In this document: one piece after another, positions 57,318 to 64,000 of the stretch
Position numbering within the stretch: position 1 is the first letter of the stretch
Layout of the letters: each line of letters opens with the position of its first letter
Origin: a virus
Taxonomy: Duplodnaviria > Caudoviricetes
Length of the DNA stretch: 64,000 nucleotides
Reading direction: 5' to 3' (one strand)
IMG/VR virus record: IMGVR_UViG_3300027804_002812
Coordinates: 128,001-192,000 of that record
Made by a program: the position numbers and the translations under genes
Notes under the pieces: generated by a model
Databases searched by the model: none
The model's input: only the letters and a program-made list of their open reading frames with translations
Told to the model about the DNA's origin: nothing

Positions 57318-57545
57318 TTAAGACATAAGTTTTTTCCACGAATCAGTAGAACTAATTAGTGCTAAATTAGTCCCATTTTCCCATTTAACACTAATTATCT
57401 TTTCATCTCCATTAGGTTCAAAGGGGTCAGTGGTTACGCCGGTAACTTCACCAATCGTTCCAGGAGGCACACCAATTTCTCCATCCATGTGATAGCACAT
57501 AACTTTATCTCCAACTTTTAATTCCGCATTTAATAATCCTTTCAT
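57318..57545 (-). CDS. DUF4314-like SH3-fold protein
   Basis: GDKV..YHMD...PPGTIGEV...VKWENG..LAL. Confidence 0.65.
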   Translation of the reverse strand: MKGLLNAELKVGDKVMCYHMDGEIGVPPGTIGEVTGVTTDPFEPNGDEKIISVKWENGTNLALISSTDSWKKLMS

Positions 57546-57549
57546 AACA

Positions 57550-57573
57550 ATAAATATATACAATATATTTATA
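57550..57573. promoter_or_regulatory. back-to-back TATTTAT motifs serving divergent genes
   Basis: ATAAATA 57550-57556 and TATTTATA 57566-57573. Confidence 0.65.
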
Positions 57574-57578
57574 TTCAT

Positions 57579-58199
57579 ATGGAATTTTTAATTACAGAAT
57601 CTCAACTAAGAGTACTTCTTCAAGAAGAAGAAAAATCCCAACTTGGATTATACATGAAAAACATGTATGCCTTCACAAAACAAATGTTAAATAAAGTCTT
57701 CAAATCTTATGGTATAAACCTAAGAATGTTGCTGACTTGGGGTACATCAGTTGGAGGTTTGGTTCTTCCTCTTGACCAATATTTGAGAACTCAACATTTA
57801 GCTTTGAATGAAGACCAAAGAATGTTGGTATTAGTGGGAATTATTTTTGCATTATTTTTCGAGACCAAAAGACCATTTGTGAAAATTATGTCCTTAATTA
57901 AGGAAAATGGTTTGGAAGATATTTTTCAGGACGGCCTTCGAAAAGGAACACAATTAAGAGACGCATTTACAAACTTTTTATCGTCTGCTAACACAGGAGT
58001 TGGAACATTTTTGGAGGCGATTGCCTACAGTTTCTTAATTCCTATTATTACAGATGTTCAATCTGTATTAAGTCAAACGGAAGACATTGAAACTGCATCA
58101 ATATTAATCGCCGAAAGATTACTTGCAACTGGTTTAGTTTTGGTTGGGAAACAAGCTTTGATAGATGTGGTGAAAAATATTTTGAAAAAAATAGGGTAA
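57579..58199 (+). CDS. hypothetical protein with ITESQL leader and hydrophobic segments
   Basis: MEFLITESQLRVLLQEE. Confidence 0.7.
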   Translation: MEFLITESQLRVLLQEEEKSQLGLYMKNMYAFTKQMLNKVFKSYGINLRMLLTWGTSVGGLVLPLDQYLRTQHLALNEDQRMLVLVGIIFALFFETKRPFVKIMSLIKENGLEDIFQDGLRKGTQLRDAFTNFLSSANTGVGTFLEAIAYSFLIPIITDVQSVLSQTEDIETASILIAERLLATGLVLVGKQALIDVVKNILKKIG

Positions 58200-58206
58200 C
58201 AATACT

Positions 58207-58593
58207 TTAATCTACAAGATTAACAACTTCGGTACAAACTAATGGATTTTCTATCCCGAAGTAAATTAAAACATCAGATAATAAATCATTGGTTTTACGA
58301 ACTACCATATAATAAGATCCACGTTCGGCGGTTAATGTTCTCTCTCCCGCCAAATCTTTAATTGATGAAAAATATATATCTGACCCTCCTCCTGATGGAA
58401 GAATATAAAGTCTATATTCAATATATTCTTTGTCATTGACTTGTCTATAAATTTTTGTCCCTGTTAATTCCATTTTGAAGTTTGTGTGGAATTTGAAAGA
58501 TTCATCGGCACCGGGAGGAGTCCATTCCAAATTGAATGTATGTGTTTCTAAAAATCTATTGATTTTGTTCCATAACGGACTTGATGGTTCCAT
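58207..58593 (-). CDS. hypothetical protein
   Basis: 128-aa ORF. Confidence 0.65.
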   Translation of the reverse strand: MEPSSPLWNKINRFLETHTFNLEWTPPGADESFKFHTNFKMELTGTKIYRQVNDKEYIEYRLYILPSGGGSDIYFSSIKDLAGERTLTAERGSYYMVVRKTNDLLSDVLIYFGIENPLVCTEVVNLVD

Positions 58594-58596
58594 ACC

Positions 58597-58863
58597 TTAT
58601 AATTCTTCAATTTCGACCACCAATTGGTCCGATCCTTTTATGACTCTGTGCCAAACAAATTTAGGGATGTGAATATGACTGGACTTAGACAATTTGACCG
58701 GCAATTCATTTTCCATTTGAAATGACCATCCACCATCTTCAATAATGGTTACATTACGATCACTTAAGTCTTGGTGCCACTTTAATTCTTCTTCCTCTAC
58801 ATCAGGACTAAACGTCCTAATTTTTTTATTATCTACTTCTATTTGTTCAAAAGGGAAATCCAT
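58597..58863 (-). CDS. small cupin-like protein
   Basis: LKWHQD...IPKFVWHRVIKG; TAATG overlap with the upstream gene. Confidence 0.65.
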   Translation of the reverse strand: MDFPFEQIEVDNKKIRTFSPDVEEEELKWHQDLSDRNVTIIEDGGWSFQMENELPVKLSKSSHIHIPKFVWHRVIKGSDQLVVEIEEL

Positions 58864-59486
58864 TACCAAGAATTTGAAGATGATAATCCGAGCTGTTTTG
58901 CGTAACGACCTACGTTACAACTCCAGTATCCTGCGGTAGTTCTGTCTTTCTTTTGGTCACATTTATGTCGTGCTCTGAATGATTTCGCAGCACCCTTATT
59001 TTTATTTCTAACTCTCAAGTTAGGGTCTCCAAAAGATACTTTTTTAATACCACCACTCGGAGATTTGACATAAACCGCAAATTTCTTTGGTCCTCCTGAA
59101 GTTCTGAATGGTTTGTTCAACTTAACATTTTTACCTCTATGTTTTGCTTCTTCCAAAACGTCTTCCTCATCTTCTTCTTCAGTTACAAATGGCGCATCAA
59201 GATAGATTAATTGACCCTTAATCATTACTTTTTTACCCAAGTCTGATTCAACCATCAAAGTATCCTCCTCATTCAATTTAATCTTACCCGCTTCCCACAA
59301 TCTTCTCACTTCATTTACCAAATCGAAATAACTTTCAGAATAAGCTCTGAAAATGTTATTTGTTAAAGTCAATTCATTATCAACATGGTATTTCAATGCC
59401 TCAGAAAGTTCAACTGATTCTTTAATAATTAAAGATTTGTTCAAATGTTCTTCTAATGTTTCTTTGATTAGTTCTCTTAAATCCAT
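58863..59486 (-). CDS. hypothetical protein with basic C-terminal Cys/His module
   Basis: KLNKPFR...KKFAVYVK...SFRARHKC...YWSC; TATTTATA upstream. Confidence 0.7.
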   Translation of the reverse strand: MDLRELIKETLEEHLNKSLIIKESVELSEALKYHVDNELTLTNNIFRAYSESYFDLVNEVRRLWEAGKIKLNEEDTLMVESDLGKKVMIKGQLIYLDAPFVTEEEDEEDVLEEAKHRGKNVKLNKPFRTSGGPKKFAVYVKSPSGGIKKVSFGDPNLRVRNKNKGAAKSFRARHKCDQKKDRTTAGYWSCNVGRYAKQLGLSSSNSW

Positions 59487-59512
59487 TGGTTTGATATTTC
59501 CTATAAATACTC

Positions 59513-60130
59513 TTACTCTCTATTAAATTTTAATTTCCAATAAACACCTCCTGTTACATATGGGGTAAATTTACCAGTAACACCATCAAAGGTTCTATTT
59601 GCAACACCACCACCCAATTGGAATATCTTGTCATCTTTTGTTTTCAATAATATACTTGTCCCGAGTGAGTTGACCCAATCTTGATGACTTAAGGCTCCGT
59701 TCAATCCCACATAAACTTGGTTTCTAACTTTTGGTGGTTCAGGTGCTGGTTCCCTAACAATCTTAGGTTTTACATTTGTTGTAAACTTTCTTGAAACAAC
59801 GTTATTTTGTGAAATGGTGTCAAACAAATATATAACCCCCTGATTATTACTCAACATTATTGTATCTTGAACGAAATTTTTTATAAAAAAATTTTTTAAG
59901 ATGAATGCAGTGTCAACAAGTGGTGTTGGGGATGGAACCTCAACGATTTTTTCCACTTCAACTTCGTATGGAACCTCAACTTCGACCTCATAAATAACTT
60001 CCTGAGGGATTGTATCATAAACCAATTTTTCTTCTATTTCAATTTGTGGAGGAACGAAAAATTGTAAGAAGATTATTACACCCACCATTATGAGTATTAC
60101 TATGTGTCTGATGTCAAATATCTTTTTCAT
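59513..60130 (-). CDS. membrane-anchored periplasmic/outer-membrane protein
   Basis: N-terminal TM helix; DTI/DTA motifs; C-terminal amphipathic beta-strands. Confidence 0.65.
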   Translation of the reverse strand: MKKIFDIRHIVILIMVGVIIFLQFFVPPQIEIEEKLVYDTIPQEVIYEVEVEVPYEVEVEKIVEVPSPTPLVDTAFILKNFFIKNFVQDTIMLSNNQGVIYLFDTISQNNVVSRKFTTNVKPKIVREPAPEPPKVRNQVYVGLNGALSHQDWVNSLGTSILLKTKDDKIFQLGGGVANRTFDGVTGKFTPYVTGGVYWKLKFNRE

Positions 60131-60134
60131 ATTG

Positions 60135-61439
60135 TTATAACATTAATCTTGAACCAATCAAGAAATTGCTAAGAATTGGAGAACTTGAGTTACCCAATGC
60201 TCTGTAGTTTAGGCTTAATCCGAATCGTTTACTTATTTTATAATCAAATGAGGAACCGACTAAGAAAGAAAATTGTCTATTCACCGTTGACTCACCTGTT
60301 TTGGGGTTATATGAAATTGGTGAGTTCATTAAGAATACTTGGGGAGATAATGTGAGCTTTGGATTTACAACATAAGGTTTTGTCCAAAATACAACCGCTG
60401 AGGTCGCAAGAGATACGTTAAATGCTCTTTTAATTGTTCTTGTTTCAGTATTAACTTCAGTATCTTTCAACAATAAAGTTATTAAACCAACGTTATATCC
60501 GTATGTACCATATTTTTCACTTGGTTTAATATTCGTGTACCCAAGTAATCCCATATAAGTTCCATCTAAGTAAGCCGCGGTGAATGAGTAAGAGTGGATT
60601 TGACTTAATTTACCTTGTTGGAAATTCATTTTTGTATATCCCCCACCCAAAGCAAATTGGTCTAATGTACTCCAAATCATGGCGTTTGCACCCCAAGTTT
60701 CATTCCCTGCTAATGACGATTGACTAACACCAAAGGAGGCGATGGCGCTGTATTTCAAATCGGGTCCCTGTGCGGTTGTCAAGTCTGAGGAAACCAACAT
60801 TGGATTTACGGGACCAACTTTCTTTTTTTCTTCTTTACCTTTTCCGTCTGAACTTTCTTCATCACTTTCACCCGAGTCTCCACCATCTGAACCACCTTCT
60901 TCAGACCCACCCTCACTCGAACTTGATTCACTCGATCCTGACTCACTTGAACTTGATTCACCGCTACTCGAAGACGATGAGGATTCACTTGAAGAAGATT
61001 GTGATGATGAACTAGACGAACTAGATGATGAGGATGTAGGAGTGGAACTACTTGCGGAAGACGCAGCAGTTGAGGAGGCTGATGAAGATGCCGCGGAAGA
61101 TGCTGCAGATGAGGCTGCTGACGACGCCGCATTTGCCGCCGCTTGTGATACAGTTTGGGTGACAGTTTGGGTTACCACCGCATTTGCGGGACATGGAGTT
61201 GAAAAAATTCCGTTAATCCAAATGGTAACTTCCCCCGAAGTAAATTGTTGATAATTGAATATCTTGGATTTGTTTCTGACGATAACTAATACACCATTGT
61301 TAGATTGTATGGGTATGGATACCACATAAGTTTTTGAATCACAGGGGTCAATGTATGTTTGTGTAACAACTTGCCCCTGTGACTCGTGGTATGCTAATAC
61401 CATGAATAATAACATTAAAAATATTTTCAAACTTTTCAA
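60135..61439 (-). CDS. secreted protein with Ser-rich linker and predicted outer-membrane beta-barrel
   Basis: signal peptide, poly-Ser/Ala stretch, alternating beta-strands ending IGSRLML. Confidence 0.7.
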   Translation of the reverse strand: MKSLKIFLMLLFMVLAYHESQGQVVTQTYIDPCDSKTYVVSIPIQSNNGVLVIVRNKSKIFNYQQFTSGEVTIWINGIFSTPCPANAVVTQTVTQTVSQAAANAASSAASSAASSAASSSASSTAASSASSSTPTSSSSSSSSSSSQSSSSESSSSSSSGESSSSESGSSESSSSEGGSEEGGSDGGDSGESDEESSDGKGKEEKKKVGPVNPMLVSSDLTTAQGPDLKYSAIASFGVSQSSLAGNETWGANAMIWSTLDQFALGGGYTKMNFQQGKLSQIHSYSFTAAYLDGTYMGLLGYTNIKPSEKYGTYGYNVGLITLLLKDTEVNTETRTIKRAFNVSLATSAVVFWTKPYVVNPKLTLSPQVFLMNSPISYNPKTGESTVNRQFSFLVGSSFDYKISKRFGLSLNYRALGNSSSPILSNFLIGSRLML

Positions 61440-61461
61440 TTTTCATCGGTTTCCAAATATT

Positions 61462-62196
61462 TTATTCTGTGAATATACCTTTTTTAATCATTCTATCTAA
61501 GATTCTGGCACAAGCAATGTCAAGTGCCTTTTTTGTTGCGATAGATATTGTAGATTGATTAAATTTTACTGGATCGACAGTTGCGTCTGATAAAAGAGTC
61601 AATTCTCTTGTGGTAACCGCCTCTCCAAGTCCTGATGCTCCAAATACGACACCTGTTTCAGCATTTGTAAATCTAACTTGTAGACCAATACGGGTAACCA
61701 TCATATTTTTCACACCATCTTTCAGGTTTACAGTTTCATCTTCTGAGATGGAGTAATCATAACATTCAATAGTTACAAAATATTCTGCCAAATTGATTTT
61801 ACCAAATCCATCTAATTGATTTTCAGAAATTCCCGCCTGAGATGCTTGAAATTGTTTCACCATTCGGTTTTTAATTTCCGTCTTATCTTCAGTAAATTTG
61901 AATCTGTTTAGATTCTCAAGATATTCCATTGAAATGTTCGCAACACCTAATCCAACTCTTTTTTCTTTGAGTTCAGGATACATCTCATACATTTCATCTG
62001 AAATACCTGCCTTTAGGATTTGAATTGGAATCTGTTTTCCTTCATAATCCATAAATTGACTTATGTCAATTGCGGTTTCGAATGAAGCCTTGTATTGCTC
62101 AGTCTTTGTGCTTCCCACAGTTTGAGAAAACGCCGATATTTGTACTATTAGTGCAAATATCGACGATAATATAAATTTTTTCATATTAAACCTCAA
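61462..62196 (-). CDS. CsgG/HfaB-like protein
   Basis: signal peptide; NRFKFTE...AEYFVTIECYDY...IGLQVRFTNAETG...ASGLGEA. Confidence 0.6.
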   Translation of the reverse strand: MRFNMKKFILSSIFALIVQISAFSQTVGSTKTEQYKASFETAIDISQFMDYEGKQIPIQILKAGISDEMYEMYPELKEKRVGLGVANISMEYLENLNRFKFTEDKTEIKNRMVKQFQASQAGISENQLDGFGKINLAEYFVTIECYDYSISEDETVNLKDGVKNMMVTRIGLQVRFTNAETGVVFGASGLGEAVTTRELTLLSDATVDPVKFNQSTISIATKKALDIACARILDRMIKKGIFTE

Positions 62197-62212
62197 TTGT
62201 ATTATATGTTTA

Positions 62213-62374
62213 TTAAGGTCTCTTTGGCCAAGCCCAACCCTTCTTCTTACCTCTCAACATCAAGTAAGTCACACCTCCGAAGAAGATTAACATATATAAT
62301 GATGGTGAATAAAATACAAACATGGCAACCATCAACAATGACAGAAATACCATAAAACTTAAAAATTGTTCCAT
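62213..62374 (-). CDS. 53-aa 2-TM protein (below the ORF cutoff)
   Basis: MEQFLSFMVFLSLL...RGKKKGWAWPKRP. Confidence 0.55.
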   Translation of the reverse strand: MEQFLSFMVFLSLLMVAMFVFYSPSLYMLIFFGGVTYLMLRGKKKGWAWPKRP

Positions 62375-62375
62375 A

Positions 62376-62702
62376 TTACCATTTTGGAGAGGTTTCTTTG
62401 AACTCGTCTCCTTCTTTTTTCTTAGGTTTATCTGTCGATGCAGGTTGTGATGCTGGTTGACTTGATTTTTCTCTGATAATCACAGTTTCTTTACCACCAG
62501 ATTGTTGCTGTTGGTTGTTATTGTTGATGATAATTGGTGTTTGTTGTTGGACAGGTGTTGCCGCAGCTTCTTCATCTCCACCGATGAATTTACTTGTCAT
62601 AACACCACCAGCTCCTAAGACTGCAGTAGTCAACAATCCGATGATTGTTTTCTTTAACCCTGTCCATGTTCCATCATTGTGGTCTTCTGTTTCTTCACTC
62701 AT
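62376..62702 (-). CDS. single-TM protein with low-complexity tail
   Basis: IIGLLTTAVLGAGGV; NNNNQQQQ. Confidence 0.65.
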   Translation of the reverse strand: MSEETEDHNDGTWTGLKKTIIGLLTTAVLGAGGVMTSKFIGGDEEAAATPVQQQTPIIINNNNQQQQSGGKETVIIREKSSQPASQPASTDKPKKKEGDEFKETSPKW

Positions 62703-62724
62703 AATTTATTTTAGTTTAGTTGGT

Positions 62725-63087
62725 TTATTTTATTATTATTGGGTATTTTATTTCTTTTCCTGAAACATCCAAAAAGACCAAGTCATAATATCCTTTGGGA
62801 AATTCAGTCAAATCGTATACTCTTTGTGTGGTTGTGTTAGTAGCCGTGAATCCCTCCTTCTTTGCGGGGATTTCTTGACCAAACGCGACTATTTGAACAG
62901 AGTATTTCGCACCAATGGTGGTTTCAAACTCTATTATCACTACGTTTTCACTCTGAAAAACAGATTTGATGTTTGTAGTTGTTGACTCAACTCCTAAATT
63001 GATTTCAGGCATCTCCTCGTAATAAGGGTTGAAACATCCTTGTAACAAGAGAACTGAGAAACTTAGTATTGCTATTATTTTTTTCAT
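62725..63087 (-). CDS. lipoprotein, Ig-like fold
   Basis: lipobox LQGC; GYYDLVF. Confidence 0.65.
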   Translation of the reverse strand: MKKIIAILSFSVLLLQGCFNPYYEEMPEINLGVESTTTNIKSVFQSENVVIIEFETTIGAKYSVQIVAFGQEIPAKKEGFTATNTTTQRVYDLTEFPKGYYDLVFLDVSGKEIKYPIIIK

Positions 63088-63088
63088 T

Positions 63089-64000
63089 TTAGAAATTATT
63101 ATATCCCGTTAATTTTATTTGGGTTGTGTTTAATTTTATCCCTAACTGAGAACCCTTAACTGTACTTGCGTCCATAGTTGAGGATACTTTGATAGAAGTC
63201 AGAATATCGACTCCATTCCCGATGGTTGAAAATTTCAACTTGAACGGAATCGTATTTCCAATTATTGGGGTTTTTTCACCTTGATCTATACCACCGAATT
63301 TGACTTTACCGTCAACAGAATTGACAAATATGTACCATGTATTTGGTAGATTTGGCGACAACTCCTCAAACTTTATCTTTGTTGGGTCATAATCAAATTC
63401 AAACTGTAATCCTGTGATAGGATTACCATTTGTTGTTACATTTACTGGGATTTCGATGTTGTTAGATGTCACAGTCAAATTAGATAGGTTGACATCTACT
63501 GATGGAACATTATTTGGAGTATTGATAAATGACTCAGTAGACATGGTTCTAAACGCAGTGTTAGACTTCAAACTATTTGATGCTCTACTTACAACAGATG
63601 ATACTCCATTATTACTAACAACAACTTGTGATGAATGTGAACGATTCACATCTCCCCACAAAAGATATTTCAAGTCTACAACTGTGTTAGTTCCTATTGT
63701 CCCTGTTTTCACATAAACTTTTGGATATTCAAAATCTTTCCAATTCGTTGTGGTGATTGCTCCCCATGAATTGGACGGTGAAGTATTAAATGTAAATTCA
63801 GCCCTCAGTCCGAAGTCTGGTCCTCCATTTATATTTCTTATGTATGGGGCATATGCCGATGTTCCTATAGTGCTTATACCTGATGGTATTCTGAAAGTTG
63901 CCCAAGTGGCATCTTTTGATACAAATTCTATAGGACCTACATATAAGTCAAAAATCTGAAGTGATTTTACGTTGTCAGGAATGTTAGTTCCGCTAAATTC
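63089..64000 (-). CDS. C-terminal part of a large protein with a cohesin-like domain (truncated by the window)
   Basis: frame stays open from 63712 to 64000; IEIPVNV...ITGLQFEFDYDPTKIKF...VKFGGID. Confidence 0.65.
   Translation of the reverse strand, partial: EFSGTNIPDNVKSLQIFDLYVGPIEFVSKDATWATFRIPSGISTIGTSAYAPYIRNINGGPDFGLRAEFTFNTSPSNSWGAITTTNWKDFEYPKVYVKTGTIGTNTVVDLKYLLWGDVNRSHSSQVVVSNNGVSSVVSRASNSLKSNTAFRTMSTESFINTPNNVPSVDVNLSNLTVTSNNIEIPVNVTTNGNPITGLQFEFDYDPTKIKFEELSPNLPNTWYIFVNSVDGKVKFGGIDQGEKTPIIGNTIPFKLKFSTIGNGVDILTSIKVSSTMDASTVKGSQLGIKLNTTQIKLTGYNNF

Noticed and set aside
60742-61251. 170-codon + strand ORF and overlapping short ORFs
   Set aside because: Antisense to the poly-Ser linker; no independent start signals
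1-64000. Stop-codon recoding (code 15 or 4), as seen in some jumbo phages
   Set aside because: Hallmark genes are full length in code 11 and no suppressor tRNA was found

Overview
This is a 64-kb segment of a large (jumbo-type), AT-rich, T4-like phage genome read in genetic code 11. The host is most likely a Bacteroidota, probably Flavobacteriales-like. Host evidence: TAnnTTTG -7 promoter boxes, SD-less A-rich translation starts, a Bacteroidota-type bS21 and TonB-dependent receptor, and a Lacal_2735-like gene. The window holds a baseplate-like gene and the head module (major capsid, scaffold, prohead protease, portal, large terminase) with an antisense ribosomal protein bS21. It also holds a protein-quality-control set: a tandem-UVR protein, an N-domain-less ClpC with an IGF loop, ClpP, peptidases, and a tmRNA with a non-canonical 21-codon tag. 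Other content: a TonB receptor plus lipoprotein pair, 12 conventional tRNAs, an Asp-like tRNA with an about 82-nt variable arm, three anticodon-less tRNA-like RNAs, GIY-YIG and HNH nucleases, a DNA methyltransferase, RNA ligase 1, ThyA, and an envelope cassette (beta-barrel, CsgG-like, cohesin-like) running off the right edge. A TATTTAT(A) motif precedes most virion-type genes. No CRISPR array was seen. All family assignments come from motifs recognised by eye, without database searches.
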